DNA of 59,880 nucleotides, counting the filler, from Candidatus Woesearchaeota archaeon (GTDB lineage Archaea > Nanobdellota > Nanobdellia > Woesearchaeales > JACPBO01): NCBI GenBank assembly GCA_016180285.1. It is 3 parts of 3 records of this genome, joined end to end, with 100 filler letters (N's around TTAATTAATTAA, not from the genome) between each part and the next. Parts side by side here need not be neighbours in the genome. Positions count along the whole stretch, not along the records: positions 1 to 16,879 come from JACPBO010000043.1; 2 more parts are not named here. One strand, given 5' to 3'. Each line of letters starts with the position of its first letter. Within the stretch, counting starts at the first letter, position 1. A program made the position numbers and the translations under genes. Of the stretch, positions 1 through 9,299 are shown piece after piece. Below the pieces are notes generated by a model. That model was not told the DNA's origin and searched no databases. It saw only the letters and a list, made by a program, of their open reading frames with translations.

Positions 1-250
1 TTATGTATTCTCTTATCCATGCGAATTCCATATATCTCGGAATGACTTTTTTTGTTTCTTCAGCATAATTATTGCTTTTATCTTTACCAGAGAACTTTTG
101 ACTCCTTGAAAGCAATTCTTCGCATTTATCAGATAGGAAATCTGAGAACTTGTGCACAGACATCTTTTTGCATTCTTTGGGCAGCAAGTTATAAGTTTCT
201 ATAATGTAATTTTTAAGGTTCTGTATCCTTTTAGTTTTATAGTCTGCCAT
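1..250 (-). CDS. Hypothetical protein, partial (runs off window start)
   Basis: Manual translation from ATG at 250: MADYKTKRIQNLKNYIIETYNLLPKECKKM...; open to position 1; divergent from ftsZ. Confidence 0.6.
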   Translation of the reverse strand, partial: MADYKTKRIQNLKNYIIETYNLLPKECKKMSVHKFSDFLSDKCEELLSRSQKFSGKDKSNNYAEETKKVIPRYMEFAWIREYI

Positions 251-354
251 TTTAACCCCATTCCACCCATACATAATTATGGCTGTCTTTATAAATTTTG
301 CCAGGATATTGATGTGGTTATTGCATTACTTAATATACCAGTATACAAAAACGT

Positions 355-378
355 AACATTTATATATTAGTTATGTTA
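355..378 (+). promoter_or_regulatory. Putative archaeal TATA box for ftsZ locus flanked by TAACAT/ATGTTA inverted repeat
   Basis: TTTATATA at 359-366 inside TAACAT...ATGTTA. Confidence 0.4.
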
Positions 379-382
379 TCAG

Positions 383-445
383 ATGTCCACTCACTTAGAA
401 TTCAGTCATCACCCGCATCACAGCTCACATCAATCATTCTCTTAA
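383..445 (+). CDS. Putative His/Ser-rich leader peptide (uORF) MSTHLEFSHHPHHSSHQSFS
   Basis: ATG just downstream of TATA box, 20 codons, 6 His and 6 Ser; not in ORF track. Confidence 0.3.
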   Translation: MSTHLEFSHHPHHSSHQSFS

Positions 446-486
446 TTAAAAAACAAAAAACTAAATAGATAAAATCGAGGTGAAAA

Positions 487-1495
487 ATGGAGGATTTGGA
501 AGTCGGGAACGCAAATATAAAAGTTATAGGCGTAGGTGGAGCGGGCAACAATATGGTTTCGTGGCTCTATAAGAAAGGAGTCAAGGGAGCTGAAGTCATA
601 GCGGTCAATACAGATAAGCAGCATTTGGATATTTCTGAAGCAGACAGGAAGTTCCTGCTTGGCGTAGGTGTAACACGCGGCTTGGGTTGCGGCGGATTTC
701 CTCAAAAAGGAGCAGCAGCTGCGCAGGAAACATTGAATGAGATAAAGTCTGTTTTAAATGCATCTGACATGGTTTTCGTTTGCGCAGGAATGGGCGGCGG
801 AACAGGAACAGGAGCAGCGCCGGTTGTAGCAAGGGTTGCAAAATGTAATCGGCACAGTAACAATGCCTTTCAAGATAGAAAGAGCAAGAATCGACAAGGC
901 AGAATTCGGATTGCAGGAATTAAGGCAGTCATGCGACACAGTAATTGTAATTGATAATAACAGGCTAGTGCAGATTGCAGGTAATTTGCCAATACAGCAG
1001 GCATTCGCAGTCGCAAATGAATTGATAAGCACAATGATCAGGGGCATAGTCGAAACAATTGCCATTCCCAGCCTGGTTAATCTGGATTTCGCTGATGTCA
1101 AGGCAATAATGAGCAATGGCGGAGTTGCAGCAATTGGCGTAGGCGCATCAGACACAAACAACAGAGTGGATGAAGCAGTAAAAGGTGCATTATCCAACCC
1201 ATTATTGGAAATAAACTATGATGGCGCAACCGGAGCTTTGATACATATCGAAGGCGGCACAGACATGACTTTGGATGAAGTAAGCAGAATTGGAGAAATG
1301 GTCACTGAGACGCTCGATGAAGATGCAAACGTCATCTGGGGAGCAAGGGTCAGCGAAGGCATGAAAGGCAAAATAACTGTGATGACAATAATAACGGGAG
1401 TTCATTCTCCGTGGATAATCGGCAAGGTTGACAGGAAAACAAAGCAGCAAATGGCAAAAAGAATGAGCGAGGAACTTGGAATTGAGCTGATATGA
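487..1495 (+). pseudogene. ftsZ: Cell division protein FtsZ (FtsZ2-like), frameshifted near 844 by a short deletion (assembly error or true lesion)
   Basis: GVGGAGNN, AGMGGGTGTG tubulin signature in frame 487..954; PFKIERAR, NLDFADVK, ANVIWGAR in frame 836..1495; about five residues missing between VAK and VIGTVTMPF; RBS GAGGTGA. Confidence 0.93.
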
Positions 1496-1550
1496 TGATT
1501 TAATTTTTTTATTTATTTTTAAAATATTAACTACAAAGAGGGGCGAGAAC

Positions 1551-2288
1551 ATGGGCGATGAAAGAATAATCAAAAAAATGGTTACCGAAATGGTTGAAAA
1601 GAACCAATTAATAATGCCGAAGGAAGATCTGTCAAATTTTAAGAAACTGGTTCCGGCATTGATAGACAAGGGTGTGGACAATCTTAATTTGTCAATGTTC
1701 AGCAATGAAATGAGAACCGGATTGCTGAATGCGCTTGGCGATGAATACCTGAGAAAAGGCAAAGTGCCTGAAGCGATTAAAGTGTTCATCCTGTCAGGCA
1801 ACAGGAAAAAGCTGGTTGAGATAGGAGAGGATTATGAAAAAATAGGGATGTTCTCTGACGCTATTGATGCATACAGGCTTGCCGGAGACCATGATAAATT
1901 GCTGAAGACAGGCAACAAATGCCTTAATGAAGGCCATATGTCAGATGCAATAAAAGCATTCAGGATATTGAATGATGTTGACAGGCTGGCATCTGTAGGC
2001 GATGACTGCCTGAAAAAAGGAAAATGGGATTACGCGCTTGAAGTCTTCAATGCAATAAGCAACAAAAACAAGCTGGTAGAGCTTGGCGATAAATGCCTGG
2101 AAGACAGGCAGATTGCACTGGCTGCGAAGGCATACGAGCTTTCCGGAGACAAGTCAAAGCTCAGCTCATTGGGAGATACATGCCTGAAGGAAGGCCTGAT
2201 AGCAACTGCCTTGAAAGCGTATACTCTTGCAGGCAACGAGATAATGGTTCAGTTCATCAAGGAAAACTTTTCAAACAAATTAATCTGA
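1551..2288 (+). CDS. Alpha-solenoid (TPR/clathrin-like) repeat protein
   Basis: About six 29-aa repeats KLxxxGDxCLxxGxxxxAxxAYxLxG. Confidence 0.8.
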   Translation: MGDERIIKKMVTEMVEKNQLIMPKEDLSNFKKLVPALIDKGVDNLNLSMFSNEMRTGLLNALGDEYLRKGKVPEAIKVFILSGNRKKLVEIGEDYEKIGMFSDAIDAYRLAGDHDKLLKTGNKCLNEGHMSDAIKAFRILNDVDRLASVGDDCLKKGKWDYALEVFNAISNKNKLVELGDKCLEDRQIALAAKAYELSGDKSKLSSLGDTCLKEGLIATALKAYTLAGNEIMVQFIKENFSNKLI

Positions 2289-2301
2289 AGCTGAGGGAAG
2301 A

Positions 2302-2625
2302 ATGGAAGACACATATTTATTGGAGCAGAAATTCCAGCTGTTAATGGACATGGGCAGCAAGAAATTGCAGCAGGAGATTGCAGCATTAAAAACAACAGTT
2401 TCAATGCTGCAGGATGAAGTGAGAAACTTAAGGAATGACAGGCGTAATGCTGCATTAGAGCAGCCCAGGCAGGCAAGCGTGGCTGAATCAGCGTCGGCAG
2501 TAAAAGCAGCCAGCAATGAAGAATACGTTCCAAAAAGCAATGTAAAAGAGGCTCATCCAAGATTAGGCAATTACTCATCAGAGGATGTTTCAATAGAGAA
2601 GTTTTTCAACTACGGAAGAAAGTAA
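2302..2625 (+). CDS. Small coiled-coil protein
   Basis: RBS-like GAGGGA; heptad N-half, low-complexity linker, C-terminal YSSEDVSIEKFFNYG. Confidence 0.75.
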   Translation: MEDTYLLEQKFQLLMDMGSKKLQQEIAALKTTVSMLQDEVRNLRNDRRNAALEQPRQASVAESASAVKAASNEEYVPKSNVKEAHPRLGNYSSEDVSIEKFFNYGRK

Positions 2626-2634
2626 GGGGGCAAA

Positions 2635-2976
2635 ATGAGAACTGTAAGATATATGGAAGGCGACATTACAACTGAGATTTCCGACCTGAATGTAAACTAT
2701 AATCTATTATTTACTGAGATGAACATTAAGGGACAGGTTTTTGGAATTGACGAAAATGGAGGAGTAGTCAAAATGATGGTTGATCGTTTTCATAGAATAA
2801 GGGCAATTACGATTGTGCAACCTTATCTGGCCAAGTATGCGTTATCCTCTTATTTAGGAGAAACTAATGGAAATGCATTTGCAGTAGTTCATCCTCAAAA
2901 AGAGGATTGGTTTAATAGAGAAGTCAGCTATAAAGGATGCAAAACTCAGAATGTTTTAGACGAAAAGTGCCGATAG
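2635..2976 (+). CDS. Hypothetical protein
   Basis: 113-aa ORF after GGGGG RBS-like sequence; no recognised motif. Confidence 0.6.
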   Translation: MRTVRYMEGDITTEISDLNVNYNLLFTEMNIKGQVFGIDENGGVVKMMVDRFHRIRAITIVQPYLAKYALSSYLGETNGNAFAVVHPQKEDWFNREVSYKGCKTQNVLDEKCR

Positions 2977-3012
2977 CTACAGTTGCCTGTAAACCTTAGT
3001 TGGTTTCTCAAA

Positions 3013-4413
3013 ATGCTCAAAAAAAACATCAACCTAGACAAAGAAATCAAGAAAAGCCTCAGCTATTCAATTACAGAGGGGTCCTTTTGGTCTATAATGG
3101 CGGGCTTCGGAGAGTCTTTTTTCGGAGCATTCGCTGTTTTTCTAAAAGCGAGTAATGTGCAGATCGGACTGCTTGGGTCTCTGCCGCAGTTTTTAGGATC
3201 GCTTTCGCAGCTCTTTTCATTAAATCTGCTTGAACTGTTCAGATCAAGAAAAAAATTTTTAGTTGTAAATGTGGCGCTTCAGGCTTTGATGCATCTGCCA
3301 ATAATATTTGCTTTTTTTATCCCTCATGTGAAAATTGAATACCTGATATTTTTTGTATGCCTTTATTTTATTTTTGGCTCAATAGGCAGCCCTGTCTGGA
3401 ACAGCTGGATGGGCAACCTTGTGGACAGCAGCACAAAAGGCTCTTTTTTCGGGATAAGGAATAAGCTGATAAATATTTTTGCATTGCTGTCTTTCACTGC
3501 AGGCGGATACATTCTCTACCGCTTCTCAGACGGCAGCATGAGGCAGTTTACCGGCTACGCAATAATCTTTTTCATAGCGCTGCTTGCGCGATTAATGTCA
3601 TCTTATCTTTTATCAAAGCAATATGAGCCGCATTATGCCGTGTCAAGAGAAAGGAATATTGGATTTGTTGAGATCTTCAAAAAAAGCCAGTTTAAAAACT
3701 TCAAGAATTTTGCATTATACATTGCCTTGCTGAATTTCGGCGTTTTTATTGCAGGCCCGTTTTTCACCCCTTACATGCTTTATGAGTTAAAGTTCAATTA
3801 CCTGCAGTTTACAATTATAAATGCAACAGCAATAGTTGTTAAATTTTTATTCACTCCGGTATGGGGAAGGCACATTGATGTTTATGGCTCTAAAAAAGCG
3901 CTTATATTGGCGGGCGTCATGATGCCCATTGTGCCTGTTCTCTGGTTTTTCTCGCCTAATTTTTGGTATCTTGTGATAATACAGATTTATAACGGGTTTG
4001 TATGGTCTGGCATAGACACAGCGTCTGCTACTTATATATTTGATTCGACTCTGCCTTACACAAGAATAAGATCATTGTCATACTACAACGTGCTTAGCGG
4101 AACAGCAATGCTTCTTGGCTCTCTTATAGGAGGCTACAGTATAAGGCTGAACAATATGTTCTGGTCAAAATATCTTTTAGTTTTCATAATGTCAGGAGCA
4201 GTAAGATTATTTGCATTGATATTGCTGGTAAAAATAAAGGAAACGCGGCCTGTTGAAAAGACCTCTTATGAGGGGCTGTTTTTCAAAATAGTCGGCAGTG
4301 AGCCTATAATGAACACAGTGTATTCTTTTTTCTTTTTCAAGAGAAGAAAAATAAGAAACGAAAAGATTTCAATCCACAGTAAAAAGGGCAGAGTCATGGT
4401 CAACATCAAATAA
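3013..4413 (+). CDS. MFS transporter
   Basis: About 12 hydrophobic segments; WGRHIDVYGSKK motif-A-like; ATG 3013 preferred over TTG 2983. Confidence 0.9.
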   Translation: MLKKNINLDKEIKKSLSYSITEGSFWSIMAGFGESFFGAFAVFLKASNVQIGLLGSLPQFLGSLSQLFSLNLLELFRSRKKFLVVNVALQALMHLPIIFAFFIPHVKIEYLIFFVCLYFIFGSIGSPVWNSWMGNLVDSSTKGSFFGIRNKLINIFALLSFTAGGYILYRFSDGSMRQFTGYAIIFFIALLARLMSSYLLSKQYEPHYAVSRERNIGFVEIFKKSQFKNFKNFALYIALLNFGVFIAGPFFTPYMLYELKFNYLQFTIINATAIVVKFLFTPVWGRHIDVYGSKKALILAGVMMPIVPVLWFFSPNFWYLVIIQIYNGFVWSGIDTASATYIFDSTLPYTRIRSLSYYNVLSGTAMLLGSLIGGYSIRLNNMFWSKYLLVFIMSGAVRLFALILLVKIKETRPVEKTSYEGLFFKIVGSEPIMNTVYSFFFFKRRKIRNEKISIHSKKGRVMVNIK

Positions 4414-4659
4414 GCCCAGCCTTGCGCCGGCATCAAGCCAGCCGTGCGCGTAATTAAGGCAGGCAAATGCATTTACAATGTCGCCTTTCTCCTTGAAATG
4501 CATTGCATCGTCATAATATCTCTGAGCCATATCAAGAAAATCCTCAGCAGAGCTTTTCCAGCTTATCTTTCTCTCTTTGGCTATTTTTACCTTCTTCAAT
4601 GCCCTGCCTGTGATGTCAAAGTATTTGATTAGTTTTTCATTGGTTATTTTGTTTTCCAT
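4369..4659 (-). CDS. DUF357 domain protein
   Basis: DFLDMAQRYYDDAMHF...GDIVNAFACLNYAHGWLDAGARLGLF. Confidence 0.9.
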   Translation of the reverse strand: MENKITNEKLIKYFDITGRALKKVKIAKERKISWKSSAEDFLDMAQRYYDDAMHFKEKGDIVNAFACLNYAHGWLDAGARLGLFDVDHDSALFTVD

Positions 4660-4704
4660 TGTGAATGGCATATATTGGGGATTTTAAATAGTTTATGATT
4701 TATT

Positions 4705-4788
4705 AGTAAGCGACAAAAATAAGTCATAGAATAAATCGCTTACTGATGTTCACCAGACATAACAATTCTATGAGTTATTTATGTCCGG
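4705..4788. repeat. Nested inverted-repeat element with two alternative folds
   Basis: AGTAAGCGA/TCGCTTACT (4705-4713/4736-4744); CCAGACATAA/TTATGTCCGG; 19/21 IR at 4712-4732/4765-4785. Confidence 0.7.
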
Positions 4789-4819
4789 CATTATATTGGA
4801 AATTAAAGAAAAGTAAAAA

Positions 4820-5770
4820 CTAAGCCCCATACATATTCTGTATTTTTTCGATGTAATCTTTCCCTAATCGTCTTCCTAATGCGAACATCTTGTCTTTCAA
4901 TACATCCTTTACAGCGCTGGTCCATTTCGTAGCATTTTTATCCTGATCTGCCAAAACAGCATCCACATGCATTTTTATCAATTTCATATTGCCAGGGCCT
5001 GCTTTGTATTCCAGCCAGCCAAATCTTAAATTTAAAACAGACCTAACCAAAGGATTCTCTGCAATTTCTTGGGCTTTTGTTAGATTCTTCTTTGCATCAT
5101 AATATAACTTTGTCTTTCCACTTACAATTTCAGTTATAGCAGCGCCAACAGTATGATAAGCATTCACTAAATCTTGACCTTTCGTTTCTCCATTTTCCAG
5201 CCTCATTTCCAATTCTTCATTTGCATAAGAAACAGCGCATTTATTGTATGCTTTTAATCTCTTATGCTTTGATGCTATCTCCGAAGCAATTGTTGATGCT
5301 ATTCCCAATGTCCTGAACAGCCTATTTCTTATAACTTCTTCTTTAGCGATTTCATTTTTGCTATTTGTGAGAGCACGCTCATAAAACGACAAACACTCTT
5401 CAATTACAACCAACCCATCCTTCAATGTTTCAACAGTTCTCTCCTTATCATGGCGAATAACCAGCCCTTTTTCTTCAAGAACCCTGGCTGTGCCAAAATA
5501 AGATTTGTTTACGTTGATCTTATCAAGAACTTCTTCCAGCAACCTCAAAACGCCTTTGCCATCATTGTCTCTGTGCCTCAATGCAAAAGCCATATTGGCT
5601 ACAGAAACAGCATAGTGATCAGGATTAATATTCGTATTTATTGCTATATTTGCAGCTTCTCTATGCTTGTGAATAGCTAAGTCATATCTATTGGGCAACG
5701 AAGAAAATGTTAATTTAATGCCTTCTTTATTTAATCTTTCTATATCCTTAATTATGTCGCTTAATGCCAT
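4820..5770 (-). CDS. Helical (TPR-like) hypothetical protein
   Basis: 316-aa ORF, Ala/Leu-rich amphipathic helical pattern. Confidence 0.7.
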   Translation of the reverse strand: MALSDIIKDIERLNKEGIKLTFSSLPNRYDLAIHKHREAANIAINTNINPDHYAVSVANMAFALRHRDNDGKGVLRLLEEVLDKINVNKSYFGTARVLEEKGLVIRHDKERTVETLKDGLVVIEECLSFYERALTNSKNEIAKEEVIRNRLFRTLGIASTIASEIASKHKRLKAYNKCAVSYANEELEMRLENGETKGQDLVNAYHTVGAAITEIVSGKTKLYYDAKKNLTKAQEIAENPLVRSVLNLRFGWLEYKAGPGNMKLIKMHVDAVLADQDKNATKWTSAVKDVLKDKMFALGRRLGKDYIEKIQNMYGA

Positions 5771-5858
5771 ATGAACACGGAAGAAACAAGCATCAATTTA
5801 TAAATGTTTTCATTTTAAGATAGTGAAATAATTAAAACAAAGATTTTCTTAGATTCTC

Positions 5859-7904
5859 TTATTCCAGCGGCACCTGAGTCCATAATGTCCAGTCATTTGA
5901 TGGTGAATAAGCTCCGAATACATAATATGGCGTCTGTGTTTTTCCAAAATAAGAATTCTCAACATCGCCCCATCTTGTTGTTGCTCCGGCTCTCATAGGG
6001 CCGACTGCTCCGTAAATAGGGCTGCCAAACAATCTCCATGATTCTGTCAGCTGCCTTCTGCCGCCTTCAGCAAATCCCTCGCTGACAAGCGTTCCCTTAA
6101 AGCCTTTTTTCATCAGATATTCTACTGCAGACTGTATTGGCGTCAACCCTTGCCCGGCAGGCAGATGCGTGTGCCCTCTTCCAAAGCCGTCAACAATATG
6201 AACATGGCCTAATATTTTTTCCTTCTCCAATTCTTTGATCTGATTCATATACCAGCTGTCAAATCTTTTTCTTGTCTGTTCATTTGTTTCACCTGGCTTT
6301 GGCTGGAAATATTTCCACCACATTCCAAGATGCTGCGTATCGAGTGTTGCCTTAATATGATTCTCAGCTTCTTTTGCCGCCTGCTCTTTTGAAATGCCTC
6401 TGAAATAAGGATTTTCAACCATAATTATGTTGCCTTCTCTGTTACGGTGGCCTTCAGGATCAGGAATCTTTTTCTCTGTCAGAAATTCAACCATTTTTTC
6501 CCTTGCGCCTTTGACAAGCTGTATCAATTCCCTTGGATGGCTGCCATATCCCATCTCAGGGAAAATGTGCTCTGGAGCAACAAAAACATCGTTCTTCAGA
6601 TGCTTCTCAGTGCTCTGCTGCATCGCAAAAATTCCTGCCTGGGCGTAAGATTTCAATGACTGCTCAATCGCATATTTGTTGACAGGCAATACATGCTTTA
6701 ATTGCTCCTGAATCAAGTCTGCCTGGGCATCAGCAGAAGCAGAGGATTCGTGCGTAAATTGAAGACTTTTTTCATACTGGCTTATTTCCTCTTTTAACCA
6801 TTTAGTTGGTTCTTTTACTTCTGGAGGAACTAGCCCATGAACATCTGCTCCAGCTTCTCTCATTATCTTCCATTTTTCTTCTTCAGGAATATTCTTTTCT
6901 AATTGCTCATAGAATTTCAATGCTTTCAATGCCCTGTCTCTTCTATTTTTGTAAATTTCATAATGTTGTGCATGATACAAAGAAGAGCCCCTTGCCTGCA
7001 GCATCTGGTTTTCAAGCTGGGTTTTGTAGAACATCTCTTCCGGCAGTTTTTTATCATCAGGGTGATCTTTGCTCCATTCTTCTGCTCTTTTTACAAAATC
7101 ATCCCATGTCAATCTTTTGGTCTCAAATCTTGTCCTGGTTTCGTCCCATATCGGAACTCTTTTGAATAAATCCTCTGCTTTAGTTGGATCAAGCCAATTT
7201 CCGTGCATATCAACCCAATCATCTTTTCTGAAAACATGGCCTGTTTTTGTATCCGCCTTGCCAATTACTCCTTTAATCTCAGCTGTATTATAAACCGGTT
7301 CGTAAACAACCTGGCTTCTCTTGACATCTCCAAGCACATGCCCTGTCCTGTCATCAACCATCCAAACAGTTGCCCTTGTTGCTTCCTCATCATAGCCTCT
7401 GAACTCTCCCATCTTATTCCATTCCTGGTCAGAAAAAGGCCTTTGGTATTCGCCAGTATGAACAACAACTGCCTGGCCGCCGACATCAGATGCAAACTCT
7501 ATTGCCTTCTTTACTTCCTCTAAAGCAGTCTTTCTTACTTCATCATTAAAGCCTCTTTGCGGGTCAAATCCTGATAAATTTCCAATTTGTGCAGGTGCAT
7601 GAATGCTTGTTATTTTAACTTGGTTGGCGATTGCTAAATCCCTTAGCTCCTGCCTTGATTCTTTGCCGTATGACTCTGCGCCAGTGCCAGGCTCTGCCCC
7701 TTCCATCTGAGTTGCAAGCTCTACCTGGCCAGCTCCTTCTCTTATTGCTGCCTGGAAACTCTGCAGAAATGTTCCGCCGCCCGCTCTTCCTTCTGTTACA
7801 GTTGCGCCTAAATCAGCAACCCCTATAACAGGGCTTTCAATGTCTTTTGACTGGCCGAAATAGCTGCGATCCATTGTATTGTAATAAGGCCTTGCAAATT
7901 CCAT
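5859..7904 (-). CDS. Xylose isomerase-like TIM barrel (AP endonuclease 2 superfamily) protein with large insertion
   Basis: SIHAP, VVVHTGE, TLDTQHLGM, HVHIVDGFG..HTHLPAGQG metal-binding motifs. Confidence 0.8.
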   Translation of the reverse strand: MEFARPYYNTMDRSYFGQSKDIESPVIGVADLGATVTEGRAGGGTFLQSFQAAIREGAGQVELATQMEGAEPGTGAESYGKESRQELRDLAIANQVKITSIHAPAQIGNLSGFDPQRGFNDEVRKTALEEVKKAIEFASDVGGQAVVVHTGEYQRPFSDQEWNKMGEFRGYDEEATRATVWMVDDRTGHVLGDVKRSQVVYEPVYNTAEIKGVIGKADTKTGHVFRKDDWVDMHGNWLDPTKAEDLFKRVPIWDETRTRFETKRLTWDDFVKRAEEWSKDHPDDKKLPEEMFYKTQLENQMLQARGSSLYHAQHYEIYKNRRDRALKALKFYEQLEKNIPEEEKWKIMREAGADVHGLVPPEVKEPTKWLKEEISQYEKSLQFTHESSASADAQADLIQEQLKHVLPVNKYAIEQSLKSYAQAGIFAMQQSTEKHLKNDVFVAPEHIFPEMGYGSHPRELIQLVKGAREKMVEFLTEKKIPDPEGHRNREGNIIMVENPYFRGISKEQAAKEAENHIKATLDTQHLGMWWKYFQPKPGETNEQTRKRFDSWYMNQIKELEKEKILGHVHIVDGFGRGHTHLPAGQGLTPIQSAVEYLMKKGFKGTLVSEGFAEGGRRQLTESWRLFGSPIYGAVGPMRAGATTRWGDVENSYFGKTQTPYYVFGAYSPSNDWTLWTQVPLE

Positions 7905-7905
7905 C

Positions 7906-8484
7906 TTAATCCCTCAATCCCATGTATTTTCTCAATCCTTCAGCTTCTCCTCTTACAGTATCTCTAATGTGAGCGACTTCCCTGTTTTCAGCATAATGCC
8001 TTGCTGCCTCGTTTATGTCGCGAACGCCCTGATAAAGCATTTCCCTTTGCTCTTTGTTTAAATAATGATCCTCTCTTGCTTTTTCAAACAAGTCCTTTAC
8101 AACATGATAACTCTGATTTAATTTTTCACGGTCTAATCCTTCTTTCTCTTTTCTTTCTGCTTCCTCTCTTACTGTCTCTTCCAGCCTTTCCGCTTCTTTT
8201 CCCTTAAGCTCATCTTCCAAAGAGCCTGCTTTTTTTTCAACAAATCTTTTAACACTGAATATCTCTCTTTCTTCAGCAGTAAACAGCCCTTGTATGTCCA
8301 CTGTCTTGAGCTGCGGAATCGGTATTCTCTCGAGCTCTTTTCTTTCTTCCTCGATCTCCACATTGCTTTCCTTTATTAATTTTTCAGCTTCTTCTATCTC
8401 CTTTTTTCTTTCTTCCTCAAGCTCTTTTAATTTCTTTATCCTTTCCTGCGGAGACAATGATTTTAATTCATCCAGTTTTGCCAT
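7906..8484 (-). CDS. Charged coiled-coil hypothetical protein
   Basis: E/K-rich heptads; abuts TIM-barrel gene (operon-like). Confidence 0.75.
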   Translation of the reverse strand: MAKLDELKSLSPQERIKKLKELEEERKKEIEEAEKLIKESNVEIEEERKELERIPIPQLKTVDIQGLFTAEEREIFSVKRFVEKKAGSLEDELKGKEAERLEETVREEAERKEKEGLDREKLNQSYHVVKDLFEKAREDHYLNKEQREMLYQGVRDINEAARHYAENREVAHIRDTVRGEAEGLRKYMGLRD

Positions 8485-8523
8485 TTTTATTGTTGATAAT
8501 TTTTCTTTTTATAATCTTTATGG

Positions 8524-8901
8524 TTATTTTTCGATATAAATTATGTTTTCCTGGTTTTTGAAATGTGAGTCGCCCGATACTAATTGCACATTGTGGACTT
8601 TTGCAGTTATGTAAATTAAAGAATCCCCTAATCCCCATTTTTTCTCCCAGTTTAATTTAGCTGCATTGAGGGCTGTTTTAGCCTCTACCGGCAGTATAAA
8701 GCATCTCGACATCATCATAGAAACAATCATATCGGCATCTTTTTCGCTTTTCTTGGATAAAGCATACCTGTACACTTCTACAAGATTTATAACGCTGATA
8801 AACAGGCTTTTGTCTGAATCAATATATTCAGCTATCTTTTTTCCTGCATCTGTTCCGTTGAAGTATTCGATCCAGCACCATGAATCAAGCAAAGCGGTCA
8901 A
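8524..8901 (-). CDS. vapC: PIN-domain toxin (VapC family)
   Basis: LLDSWCWIEY, SVINLVEV, LGDSLIY, LVSGDSHF. Confidence 0.9.
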   Translation of the reverse strand: MTALLDSWCWIEYFNGTDAGKKIAEYIDSDKSLFISVINLVEVYRYALSKKSEKDADMIVSMMMSRCFILPVEAKTALNAAKLNWEKKWGLGDSLIYITAKVHNVQLVSGDSHFKNQENIIYIEK

Positions 8902-9079
8902 TTTCTTCCCTCTTAAACTCGCCTAATCCTTTGAATTTTCCGAAATATGATTTTTTGGGCTTTTTTACCTCAGCAACGAGCTTTATTATTGTTTCATCAT
9001 AGGTTTCACTGTTTGTTTCCTGCTTCATCAGCTTCAGTATGTTGAATGTTTCCTCTTTAACAGCGATCGTGGTTGACAT
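8885..9079 (-). CDS. vapB: VapB-type antitoxin
   Basis: 64 aa, MSTTIAVKEETF...TYDETI RHH-like pattern; overlaps vapC start. Confidence 0.8.
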   Translation of the reverse strand: MSTTIAVKEETFNILKLMKQETNSETYDETIIKLVAEVKKPKKSYFGKFKGLGEFKREEIDRFA

Positions 9080-9157
9080 GTTATATCACTATATCTTATA
9101 TTAATATAAGTTATATTTAAAGGTTGCGGTTTTTCCTGCCAAGATGACTAAGATGTG

Positions 9158-9185
9158 CATTCGTTTAACAATTGTCATAGTCAAG
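9158..9185 (+). other. dif/Xer-like recombination site (left, degenerate)
   Basis: CATTCGTTTAA-CAATTG-TCATAGTCAAG; 23/28 identical to the reverse complement of the 12097-12124 site. Confidence 0.55.
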
Positions 9186-9295
9186 TTGTCAGTAAATAAC
9201 TACTTAATTTATAAATTACTTGTCAAAATACTAACGATTATTTAATCTTTTTTGTCAATTTATATTATGCTTATTTATAAATAACTTGTCAAAAA
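9186..9295. repeat. Degenerate periodic TTGTCA array with two TTTATAAA boxes
   Basis: TTGTCA at 9186, 9220, 9252, 9286; TTTATAAAT(T/A)ACTTGTCAAAA repeated at 66-bp offset. Confidence 0.6.
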
Positions 9296-9299
9296 TTAG

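Noticed and set aside
152..370. 72-aa plus-strand ORF and the many other short overlapping ORFs in the track
   Set aside because: Antisense or out-of-frame shadows of better-supported genes, with no motifs or RBS.
836..850. Programmed ribosomal frameshift in ftsZ
   Set aside because: Conserved residues are physically missing and there is no slippery heptamer, so frameshifting could not restore the protein.
9186..9295. Possible mini-CRISPR array
   Set aside because: Only a 6-bp core recurs, units are degenerate and AT-rich, there is no repeat-spacer structure and no cas genes.
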